A stretch of DNA of 64,000 bases, taken from assembly GCA_965216565.1 (NCBI GenBank), contig OZ244170.1, positions 1,376,001-1,440,000 of the forward strand, given 5' to 3'. Position 1 is the first letter of the stretch; every line of letters begins with the position of its first letter. A program made the position numbers and the translations under genes. The DNA comes from Bythopirellula sp. Its GTDB lineage: Bacteria > Planctomycetota > Planctomycetia > Pirellulales > Lacipirellulaceae. Below are positions 28,152-36,815 of the stretch, one piece after another. A model generated the notes under the pieces. The model saw only the letters and a list, made by a program, of their open reading frames with translations. It was not told the DNA's origin and searched no databases.

Positions 28152-28985
28152 CTAGGCGACCGGCACCTGGCCTGCCACCTTCACCTCTGCCAGCTCCGTC
28201 AATAACGACGCAGCCGTTTTCTGGATACGCTCCAGCGAGTCTTGCAGCTTCTCCCGGTCTCCCGAGTAAAGCTGAATATAGTCCGCAGAATGCTTGAGGG
28301 CATTCGCGAGCCCATGAGCCTTCGCAACGACATAGGATACTGCTTCGGCCTCTAGCTCCCTGACGACCTTGGAAGTCCGCTTACGGTCCTCGCCTTTGTG
28401 CAGTCCTTCATGGGCAACTTCGTGAGCTAGCACCGCAAACTCTTCCGCAGCTGCCATGCCCTTCAGAAGACAAATGGTGCCTCCTTGGGACAGACCTCTT
28501 GCACCATCAAGCTCTTCCTCATAGAGCAGCTCAATGCCACGCTTGCTTACAACTTCACGAAGCTGAGCAAGTGCTTCGCCGGGGTCACCACTAATGTGGT
28601 TGATTTCGGGTAGCTCGTCGCCTTCGGTCTGACTTACGTCAAAGACGTGAACTGCTCGGTAACCGAATAGTTCACGTTCATCGGAGTCGCCAGACTTCTC
28701 CGTTTGCTCATCCTGCTTCTTGCGGACCAGCGGAGCCAGAATGCAAATCCCTTTCTGGCCCTTCTTGACGGCTCGTCCACGCTTGAGCCAAGCTCGAAAT
28801 CCAGCCACTAGCGTGGCTTCGGGAAACTGTCGTGCGATAAGCATGCAGTTTCCAAACGAGTAGCTGTAAAAGCTACTCATCACATCCAGGTAGCTGGCGA
28901 GTTCGTCGCTCTTGCCTGCGGCCAGAGCTTCACCAAGTTCAGCGATTGCCGTCTCCGACAATGCTAGTGCGTCTTCTTTCTTCAT
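28152..28985 (-). CDS. ardC: ArdC-like anti-restriction protein (DUF1738 ssDNA-binding plus zincin-like HEXXH domain)
   Basis: YSFGNCMLI..Q.P.AT.VAGF..W...GR.VKKG, VFDVSQTEG, HEVAH, ELEAEAVSY. Confidence 0.85.
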   Translation of the reverse strand: MKKEDALALSETAIAELGEALAAGKSDELASYLDVMSSFYSYSFGNCMLIARQFPEATLVAGFRAWLKRGRAVKKGQKGICILAPLVRKKQDEQTEKSGDSDERELFGYRAVHVFDVSQTEGDELPEINHISGDPGEALAQLREVVSKRGIELLYEEELDGARGLSQGGTICLLKGMAAAEEFAVLAHEVAHEGLHKGEDRKRTSKVVRELEAEAVSYVVAKAHGLANALKHSADYIQLYSGDREKLQDSLERIQKTAASLLTELAEVKVAGQVPVA

Positions 28986-29552
28986 CACAAACCCCTTTCT
29001 CCTTCGTGAGAAGGAAACGTAGTTAGACAACCCTCGAAATGCTGCACGCCGCTTGCCTCGTGCAGAAGTTCAATAACTTCTCCACGAGGGAGCGACGAGG
29101 GGTGTCCAAACCCACGAATGGGTGGAGCTTGTGTGCGGCGAGAATACCACGAGTGATAGGCCTAAGATAATTTTCTGCGAAGTCTGCAACTGGGGTTCAG
29201 AACAGATAGTTCCGCGTAGTCACTCTGAGAGATTCTCTCTCAGCGGGCAGCATCAATGAGCTCGGCTACTTGGAACCACAGTGGAGACGAAGCGTTAAGG
29301 AGCGAGGGTCTTGAGGCAGAGCCAAAATATTCCAAGAGGAAGCAAGACCCGAACCAAAACTGCAAACACTACCGAGCGAGAGTGTCGCTTATGAAGCCGC
29401 TGAGCGGCTTGCTCAATTGGGCTTGCTTGGTGGCTGTTGCTGTGTTGCATTCGGCCAGTTTGCCACGATTTGAGGTGCTACTCAAATCGTGGAATGGCAA
29501 GACCTAGAACCGGAGTTTTACTTGCACTTCGGCTAATTGGAGATACTTGGCG

Positions 29553-32500
29553 TTATGCAACGTCTTCGTCACGAATCTGTCCGTATACTCGCTCTCGTAG
29601 ATGCTGCTTAACCAGCTCCTGGAAAGCTGGGTCATTCATATACTTAGCAAACAGCTCTTCGTTCTGCTCCATCCGGTCAATGAAGAAGTTCTCCAACGCT
29701 TTATCGAACACATATCGGAAGTTGTCGAGTGTGTTGGCCTTGGCAGCTTCGCGGATTTCCTCGTCGTTGACCGCTTCTTCCTGAATCTGATTGAAAAATA
29801 ACTCGTCGGCTTTGGTGAAGTCGGTTCCAAAGCGTTCGTTTACCAATCCGATGAGTGTCGAAAGTTCCACTTTTGGGCTTTCAGACAGACTCGTGCCAAC
29901 GGCGGTAGGGCCGCCAATTTCACCGCCTTTACCCTTGTCGAGTTCGATGCTTCCGTCACTGATTTTCTGAAGGCGGTAGAACTTCAGAGTGACTTCGTCG
30001 TCGAACTGATAGCGTGGTCCCGCCTCACGTCGCGGCAACTTTGAGAGCAGAAAGCGTGCGTAAGCGTAAAGCTTCTCTAGGTCAGAATCCTGAAAAGGGA
30101 TGACTTGTGACAGAAACGCATACAGATTGCGAAACGCCCCGAGCAAGCCCCGAAATTCTTCTTGATGCTCCTCGTCAAGTGCTTTGAAGCGTGTCACGGC
30201 GGGGTCGAGCGTCGCTTGCAGCTTGGCATGGTCTGCCTTGCTCTGTACTGCCTTAGCCTGGAAGAATACTTTGCAAAACGCCTCAACGTCACTCTCATGG
30301 ATAACGTGTTGCTCTTCTATCTTCGCTTGCAGCTCGTAAAGTTGATGCGGGTCGGCTTCCTCGCCAATGTCGGTCCGCTCATAATAAGGCTGAAACGCCT
30401 CGAAGATTTCTTCACGTGAATTGACGAAGTCAAGAACGAACGTGTCTTCCTTGCCACTACAAGTCCGATTGAGCCGCGAGAGTGTCTGAACGGCTTGAAT
30501 TCCGGCTAGCCGCTTATCGACGTACATCGAGTGCAAGAGCGGCTGGTCAAAGCCCGTTTGATACTTCTCAGCAACGATGAGCAGTTGAAACTCTGGTGTA
30601 GCAAACTTCTCCGGGAGTTGCTTTTCCTTGATTGGCTTTCCCGTTTCGGGGTCGGGGTTCATCTCGGGTTCGGTATATGTCTTGCCTGAAATATCGGGGT
30701 CTTCGACGGTCCCAGAAAACGCCACCAAGGTGCGAATGTCACCGTAGCCCTTCTCGGCTATTTGCTTGTCGAATTCTTGCTTGTAGCGAACTGCGTGTAA
30801 GCGTGAACTAGTCACAACCATCGCTTTGGCACGGCCACCAATCTTGTGTCGCGTGTGGGCTCGAAAGTGCTCTAGCATCACTTCGGTCTTCTGAGCGATG
30901 TTGTGTGGATGCAGGCTCATAAAACGGGCTAACGCCTGAGCCGCTTTCCGTTTGTCAACTTCGGGGTCCTCCTCGATGCTCTTCAGCAGTCGATAATAAG
31001 TTTTGTAAGCAGTGTAGTTTGCCAGGACGTCGTGGATAAATCCTTCTTCAATCGCCTGCCGCATGCTGTAGAGGTGGAATGGCTTAGGCTTGCCGTTCCC
31101 ATCTCGACCGCCGAAGACTTCAAGGGTCTTGTACTTCGGCGTCGCTGTGAATGCGAAGAAGCTGATATTTGGCTGTTGACCACGCTTGGCCATCGTGCGG
31201 AGTATCTCTTCTTCGTAATCGTTGAGTCCTTTTTCTTCCGCCTCGACCCGAGCCTTCTCGCGAATCTGCTCTGCCGCGAGCACCGCTTTTAGCTCCGTCG
31301 CCGTTTCACCTGACGCCGAGCTATGTGCTTCGTCAATGATGACGGCGTATTTGCGGTCCTTCTGCGAAGACAGCTTTTCGGTGACAAACGGGAAAGTCTG
31401 TATCGTGACGATGATGATAGGCGTGCCTGCTTCTAGTGCAGTAGCGAGCTGAGCCGATTTGTGGCTCTCGTCGATTTTCTGAACGACGCCTTGCTTGTGC
31501 TCTAGCTGATAAATGGTGTCCTGCAGCTGACGGTCGAGCACCACCCGGTCGGTTACCACAATAACCGAGTCGTAAACCTTGGTGTCCTTTGCGTCGTGCA
31601 GACTAGCGAGCCGATGAGCTAGCCAGCCGATGCTGTTGCTTTTGCCACTACCAGCGGAATGCTGCACGAGATAGTTGTTGCCCGGACCTCTTTCTTTGGC
31701 GTCCGCTTCAAGCTTCGTCACCGCGTCCAACTGGTGGTAACGCGGGAATATCATCGTTTCCTTGCGGACCTTCTTACCACCGACTTTCGTCTCTTTGACT
31801 TCGAGAAAGACGAAACGGGCGAATATGTCGAGCCAAGCATCGCGTTGCCAGACTCCTCGCCATAGGTACTCCGTTTTGTAGCCTTCTGGATTGTCTGGAT
31901 TGCCCGCACCTAATCCGTCGCCACGATTGAGTGGCAGGAAGAATGTCCTCTTGCCGTCGAGCTTCGTCGTCATCGCTACCTGGTCGGTGTCGACTGCAAA
32001 ATGGACGACGGAACGCTGCTTGAAAGCAAAAATCTTCTCTTTCGGGTCACGGTCTTCTCGATACTGCCGCTTCGCGTGCTCGATGTTCTGCCCAGAGTTC
32101 TGGTTCTTTAGTTCCGCAGTCGCTATTGGCAGGCCGTTAAGCACAATTGCCAAGTCGAGCGACTTGCCCGGTTCGGCGTCACTAAAATGCAACTGTCGAA
32201 CAGCGGATAGCTGATTCGCTTCGTATAGCCTCTGCGTCTCGGGATTCATCGCATGGGCAGGGGCAAAGAAAGCCATGTGCAGACGTTTGCCGTAGCACTT
32301 GAAGCCATGGCGAAGTACGGCGAGCAATCCTTGCGAATCGAGCGAACGACACAAGTCGTCAAGCACGATACGTTCAACTTCTTCGCCATGAAGGTTTTCT
32401 AGCCCACTCCATACCTCTGGCTGTGTCGCACGCAGAAAGTCGGTGACCACCTTCGGCCAAATTGCTCGCTTGGCGTCAAACCCTTCGGGGTGCTCTTCGT

Positions 32501-32594
32501 CAAGCTGATGTCCATCGCCGGATGAATAGCCATTGTCGAGCAGGTGCTGCTCGATGGCGTCTTCAAATCGGATTTCGCGATGGTCGATTGGCAT
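29553..32594 (-). CDS. hsdR: Type I restriction enzyme R subunit
   Basis: Nuclease D..LNGLP...ELK; QHSAGSGKS, IIDEAH, FTATP, TGFDQP, QTLSRLNR. Confidence 0.95.
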   Translation of the reverse strand: MPIDHREIRFEDAIEQHLLDNGYSSGDGHQLDEEHPEGFDAKRAIWPKVVTDFLRATQPEVWSGLENLHGEEVERIVLDDLCRSLDSQGLLAVLRHGFKCYGKRLHMAFFAPAHAMNPETQRLYEANQLSAVRQLHFSDAEPGKSLDLAIVLNGLPIATAELKNQNSGQNIEHAKRQYREDRDPKEKIFAFKQRSVVHFAVDTDQVAMTTKLDGKRTFFLPLNRGDGLGAGNPDNPEGYKTEYLWRGVWQRDAWLDIFARFVFLEVKETKVGGKKVRKETMIFPRYHQLDAVTKLEADAKERGPGNNYLVQHSAGSGKSNSIGWLAHRLASLHDAKDTKVYDSVIVVTDRVVLDRQLQDTIYQLEHKQGVVQKIDESHKSAQLATALEAGTPIIIVTIQTFPFVTEKLSSQKDRKYAVIIDEAHSSASGETATELKAVLAAEQIREKARVEAEEKGLNDYEEEILRTMAKRGQQPNISFFAFTATPKYKTLEVFGGRDGNGKPKPFHLYSMRQAIEEGFIHDVLANYTAYKTYYRLLKSIEEDPEVDKRKAAQALARFMSLHPHNIAQKTEVMLEHFRAHTRHKIGGRAKAMVVTSSRLHAVRYKQEFDKQIAEKGYGDIRTLVAFSGTVEDPDISGKTYTEPEMNPDPETGKPIKEKQLPEKFATPEFQLLIVAEKYQTGFDQPLLHSMYVDKRLAGIQAVQTLSRLNRTCSGKEDTFVLDFVNSREEIFEAFQPYYERTDIGEEADPHQLYELQAKIEEQHVIHESDVEAFCKVFFQAKAVQSKADHAKLQATLDPAVTRFKALDEEHQEEFRGLLGAFRNLYAFLSQVIPFQDSDLEKLYAYARFLLSKLPRREAGPRYQFDDEVTLKFYRLQKISDGSIELDKGKGGEIGGPTAVGTSLSESPKVELSTLIGLVNERFGTDFTKADELFFNQIQEEAVNDEEIREAAKANTLDNFRYVFDKALENFFIDRMEQNEELFAKYMNDPAFQELVKQHLRERVYGQIRDEDVA

Positions 32595-32609
32595 GGCTGG
32601 AAGGAATAG

Positions 32610-33134
32610 CTATTTCTTTTGACGGTTTCCAAGACGAAGGCGTACTTCGAGTTCTCGAAGCATTTCAAACGGCGTAACGCATTTAACATCAAACTCATCC
32701 GCGATGTCCGGTAACTTGATAGTCGCGACGGATTGCGGTGCAGAGACTTCGTGCGTTGCAATCCTAAACCCATACACGCTGGCATACGCAACAAGCCACG
32801 GGTCCGCTCCGCTGGCGAACCGCTGTTTCGCTCCGACGTTGTACTGTCCATTCTGTTGAACATACTCGATGACTTCGGCGTAGGCTTCGGTTACATCTTC
32901 TTCCTCGACACTCTCAAAGAATTCATCTGGAGCGTCGTCAGCAACCCAATCTGCCAAGTCGTCTTTACCTCTCTCCAGCTCCGTCTTTACGGGCTCGATG
33001 CTGCAAAGACTTTCTTCCCGGTATGAACGCAGCAACGCATCCCAATAGCCGGGGCAAAAATCAAACGCGTAGTGCTCACGTTTCGAACGGATGAAGGAAT
33101 CCGCATCCAGGACATAGAAGGGAGTGTTGCTCAT
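32610..33134 (-). CDS. DUF4411-family PIN-like protein
   Basis: YVLDADSFI, Y.FDFCPGYW, ADPWLVAYA, KLPDIA..F; ATGA overlap with upstream peptidase gene. Confidence 0.88.
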   Translation of the reverse strand: MSNTPFYVLDADSFIRSKREHYAFDFCPGYWDALLRSYREESLCSIEPVKTELERGKDDLADWVADDAPDEFFESVEEEDVTEAYAEVIEYVQQNGQYNVGAKQRFASGADPWLVAYASVYGFRIATHEVSAPQSVATIKLPDIADEFDVKCVTPFEMLRELEVRLRLGNRQKK

Positions 33135-34276
33135 CGCCTACCTCTCTTCAGTCGGCGGGCGTACTTGTCAAACGTCTCCCCATAGAGTCGCGTCAGGTCG
33201 TAAGCGTCAGAGTACGAGAGGCGTCCCTCTCGGGCTGCTGCAATAACAGCTTGGCCGAACCGAGTGCCTAGACGGGTGTTCTGCGTGTTCCAGAAGTTGC
33301 CGCCAGTGCTCTGGCTTTCAGCCCGTTTCTTTTCACGTGCCATGTACCGCTTATAGAACCCAAAGAACTCCTCGCGAGAAATTAGCTTTCGGTCCTTCGC
33401 TCTGCGAGCAACGACCACCGGGCTAACTTTGAACTTGCGAGCGATGGCAGCGAACGCTTTGTCTCCCTCGGGTGCACGATTCCAAGCTTCTTCCAACTTC
33501 GCGGCAGGGACGAGAAACTCCGCCGCAACACGGTTGCAGTATTTTTCAACGTCTACATTCACTGGCTGCGTTGCAGTCAACGTAAACAGAGCACTTTGCC
33601 CGGTCCACACGTGTGCTAACTCGTGAGCAATCGTGAACATCTGTGCGACTTTGTAATCAGCTCCGTTCACAAAGATGAGAGGAGCGATTTCATCTATCAG
33701 CACAAATCCCTGAAACTCATCAGGGTCGAGCTTTCGTCGCGTACTATTACCAACGATTCCATTGATGAAAATCAGAATGCCAGCATCTTCCACATGCTCA
33801 CGCAAGAAGCGGAGAGTGTCTTCATAGCTCGATTGTTGCTCTGCCCAGTTGTCGGCTAGGTCAAGCTCCTTCCGCATTCGCCTGGCGAGCGGAACTACTT
33901 TGTCACCGACATTCGCCGAACCAACAAACGGCAATGGCTCTTGACCTTCTTCTACGAGGTACTCTCGCATCCAGTCTTGACGCCGCTGCATCTCAAAGAT
34001 GGTTTCAATGAGATTTGGAGTCGGCTGTCTTACCGCGTCGTCAGTCCGCGTCCGGTAATCGGGAACTGGGAGTTCCTCGGTGGGCGGCTCTTCTAGAAAG
34101 AGATAGCCGAAGGGCACCATCGCCCGTCGAGCAAACGCTTCTAGCTGCCGGTAGGTGGGTTTCGCGTCACCGGCCAGCCATTTGGTCACTGCCTCCTTAT
34201 ACTCCTCCTCAGGCTTACCAGAACGGTCTACCGCCCAGCGAAGGAGTTCAGGTTTGACATCGACGTAATTTGGCAT
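33131..34276 (-). CDS. HTH plus ImmA/IrrE (Peptidase_M78) metallopeptidase
   Basis: N-terminal XRE-like HTH (LLRWA...KPT..QL..FA); FTIAHELAH; E..CN.VAAEFLVP. Confidence 0.92.
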   Translation of the reverse strand: MPNYVDVKPELLRWAVDRSGKPEEEYKEAVTKWLAGDAKPTYRQLEAFARRAMVPFGYLFLEEPPTEELPVPDYRTRTDDAVRQPTPNLIETIFEMQRRQDWMREYLVEEGQEPLPFVGSANVGDKVVPLARRMRKELDLADNWAEQQSSYEDTLRFLREHVEDAGILIFINGIVGNSTRRKLDPDEFQGFVLIDEIAPLIFVNGADYKVAQMFTIAHELAHVWTGQSALFTLTATQPVNVDVEKYCNRVAAEFLVPAAKLEEAWNRAPEGDKAFAAIARKFKVSPVVVARRAKDRKLISREEFFGFYKRYMAREKKRAESQSTGGNFWNTQNTRLGTRFGQAVIAAAREGRLSYSDAYDLTRLYGETFDKYARRLKRGRR

Positions 34277-34363
34277 TTGACGTGGGGAACGGAGGTAGAT
34301 TCCATTCTAGCAGCTGAACAGGATTCGGCAGACGCCATCTTTTACAGTCTGAGACCTCTAGCT

Positions 34364-35116
34364 TCAGGCAGACGCCTCAGATATGAGGTCGGGATTTAAC
34401 GCTATGCCAGCCTCTCCTAGTCTCTTGCAGAGCTTCGGCACTATCTCGCGAATATGCTCGTTGTAGTGAAATCGGATTATCCCATCGATATCCGACGGAA
34501 TTTCGACGTGTCCTTTTACAATCAGAGCCATGCGTTCTCGCGTAAGCGATGAAAGTAACATCCCGATTTCCAGAATCACGTTCTGCCGTGCTCTCGGTTC
34601 GATTTTTTCTTCGCCATGTGCAATGGCATACCCCATATCATCGGGTGTCATCAGCACTATGCCGAAGGCCGAAGAATAATCACGTCCGATTTGGCCCTCC
34701 AAAGCTTCAATGATGGTCTTTCCACCTCCAGTAGTATTCATGAGTATGAATGGCTCTAGATTCAATCTGCGGAGAACTAGTTCGAGTTGGTCTCGGGCAT
34801 CTGAGTCATGACCGTGTACCACGAAGATACCTTGTGTGGCATCGGCCTTCGCTGGAGTTTGGTAGAACTCCTGGGTATTGTTATCCGGGTTGTTGAGCTG
34901 CTCAACAACTTTCGCTTCGAGGTCGTCCTTAGCAGTGGATTTCCCCTGAAATTGAAGCGTGCCTTTGGAAGACCACCAGTTCATCACGCCGCCGGTCTGA
35001 GTTTTGAAGCTGTGCTTCCCGCCGTCCGCGTCTTCGGACCACTCGCCACGCAAACCAGTCGCCTGGACGGCAGCTTTCAATTCGTCTATTTCGCCATGAA
35101 ATGCATTTTTGGCCAT
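34364..35116 (-). CDS. TIR-like domain protein (nucleotide-binding TIR-like family) with small N-terminal alpha/beta domain
   Basis: IFVVHGHD, TIIEALE, VLMTPDD, RARQNVILEIG (catalytic Glu position), PSDIDG. Confidence 0.9.
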   Translation of the reverse strand: MAKNAFHGEIDELKAAVQATGLRGEWSEDADGGKHSFKTQTGGVMNWWSSKGTLQFQGKSTAKDDLEAKVVEQLNNPDNNTQEFYQTPAKADATQGIFVVHGHDSDARDQLELVLRRLNLEPFILMNTTGGGKTIIEALEGQIGRDYSSAFGIVLMTPDDMGYAIAHGEEKIEPRARQNVILEIGMLLSSLTRERMALIVKGHVEIPSDIDGIIRFHYNEHIREIVPKLCKRLGEAGIALNPDLISEASA

Positions 35117-35444
35117 TAGGTATTCCTCACATCAATTTTGCCCGTCACCGCTGCTGAGATTAGGGCGGAACGGTATTCGTTAAGTCTAGACATTGCCAAT
35201 TCGACCGCTCTGTTGGCCTCGTCGAGTATTCTGCAGCGAGCATCCACGTCCTTCACGATTGACGACTGCTCATCAATTGGCGGGGCCATCATCATCCAGC
35301 TTTTAATGTGAGACTGCGATACTTTGACCATGGAATTACTTGTGCCTCGAGCGTCGGCTTCGATTTGCCTTCTTCCAAAACGGCTAATCAGGCACAAACA
35401 GGCGTAGGTTCGTTGCAGTCGCACCTCATCCAAATGAACGCGGT
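35116..35444 (-). pseudogene. hsdS: 3' remnant of type I specificity subunit
   Basis: PPIDEQ..I...D and L.EYRSALISAAVTGKIDVR HsdS C-terminus; homology ends at the 22-bp element end; stop overlaps TIR start (TAATG). Confidence 0.88.
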
Positions 35445-35466
35445 CGACGACCTCGAGGTTATGAGG
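35445..35466 (-). repeat. 22-bp exact repeat (copy 2), tRNA-Met(CAU)-like fragment
   Basis: CGACGACCTCGAGGTTATGAGG is identical to 11270-11291. Confidence 0.85.
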
Positions 35467-35519
35467 CTAGCACCCTGAGATCCATAACTGCTTAATCTGC
35501 CAGGACTTGCGAAGTGTAC

Positions 35520-35594
35520 TTCCCCCTTTAGAGTCGTGCAAGTCTTAGCATTGTTTGTCAAGTTTTGGCATTTCTTGCAAAGCCAAAGGGGGAA
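35520..35594. repeat. IR-bracketed array with 10-bp period
   Basis: CGTGCA, TTAGCA, TTGTCA and TTGGCA at 35535, 35545, 35555 and 35565, between TTCCCCCTTT (35520) and AAAGGGGGAA (35585). Confidence 0.75.
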
Positions 35595-35707
35595 CTCTTC
35601 TGCTGCTTGAATGAACCAGCAGATCCGAGAGAATGAGGACCAACTCTAGGGGTTCGGGAAGGTTGTCACCCCTGATTCTCCGCGTCTTACTATCGGAAGG
35701 CCTCGTG

Positions 35708-36772
35708 ATGTCGAGCTGGTTTTCTCCTCTACTATTTCTGCTCGCCGGCTCCAACGAGCAACAGCTTCGCCGGCAAATCGAGTTTCTCAAAGCAGAGAAT
35801 GAGATACTCCGTAAGCACGTCCCAAAGCAACGAATCTTCCTCACTATAGAAGAGCGAGAACGGCTGCTGAAATTAGGGGATGCGGTCGGCAAAGGTGTGC
35901 TCCAGCTCATTAGTATCGTCAGCCCTCGAACTTACCAGAGGTGGCAACGACGGGTAAGCCAAGGTCAGAGACCGGCAAAGAAGATGGGCCGCAAAGGAAC
36001 GCCGGAGTCGATACGCGAAATCGTCGTCCGCTTGGCCAGAGAGACTGGATGGGGTTACGGACGGATAGTCGGGGAGCTGAAAAAGCTGCGTATTCAATGT
36101 GTTGGACGCACGACGGTACGAACCATACTGAAAGAAGAAGGTATCCACCCTGGCCCAAAACGAGGCAAAGGGACTTGGGATGAGTTCTTAAAGATCCATG
36201 CTGAGACGCTCTGGCAGGTCGATTTCTTCAGCAAGCCCGTGATTACGACGAGCGGTATCAAGCAAGCGTTTGTGATGGCGTTTCTGCACATCAACTCCCG
36301 TCGAGTCATCTGCTCGCCAGCCACGTTCAAGGCAGATGATGATTGGGTCGTTGCACAAGCGAAGTCGTTTTTGCATGAAGCGAAGAAACTCGACTTGCCA
36401 ATTCATCATTTAGTTCGCGACAAAGACTTCAAATACAGCAACCGCTTTGATGAAGCGTTTGAGTCTGCGGATGTCGCCGTGCAGCCAACCGTCCCTCGTG
36501 CTCCTAATCAGAATGCATTCATTGAACGCTGGATTGGCTCAATCAAGGGCGAATGCCTGAATCGCTTCTTCGCTATTGGGCTAAATCACCTTGACTATCT
36601 CGTCTCCGAGTACACGCGATACTATAACGAACTGAGACCCCATCAGCGGAAAGAAAACAAGCCCTTGCTAGGCTTATGGAAAGACAATAATGATCCACCT
36701 GATGAACCCAATCAAGTCGCCTGCCTTGAGCGACTTGGGGGTGTTCTCAAATGCTATGAACGAGTCGCCTAA
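35708..36772 (+). CDS. Integrase-core (rve) DDE transposase/integrase, paralog of 11537
   Basis: Start ATG 35708 by alignment with copy 1 (43 of first 60 aa identical); WQVDFF, LVRDKD, NAFIERW. Confidence 0.93.
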   Translation: MSSWFSPLLFLLAGSNEQQLRRQIEFLKAENEILRKHVPKQRIFLTIEERERLLKLGDAVGKGVLQLISIVSPRTYQRWQRRVSQGQRPAKKMGRKGTPESIREIVVRLARETGWGYGRIVGELKKLRIQCVGRTTVRTILKEEGIHPGPKRGKGTWDEFLKIHAETLWQVDFFSKPVITTSGIKQAFVMAFLHINSRRVICSPATFKADDDWVVAQAKSFLHEAKKLDLPIHHLVRDKDFKYSNRFDEAFESADVAVQPTVPRAPNQNAFIERWIGSIKGECLNRFFAIGLNHLDYLVSEYTRYYNELRPHQRKENKPLLGLWKDNNDPPDEPNQVACLERLGGVLKCYERVA

Positions 36773-36815
36773 AGCTGTTTCAAAATCAACCCAAGGGTCG
36801 GGAAGTACTGGGCGA

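Larger units (their letters stand above)
35445..36772 (+). mobile_element. Integrase module copy 2, abutting the hsdS breakpoint; right end undefined
   Basis: Same 22-bp end, IR-bracketed phased array and TGTCACC 44 bp before ATG as copy 1. Confidence 0.65.

Noticed and set aside
29256..29507. 83-aa ORF between ardC and hsdR
   Set aside because: No motif or SD support
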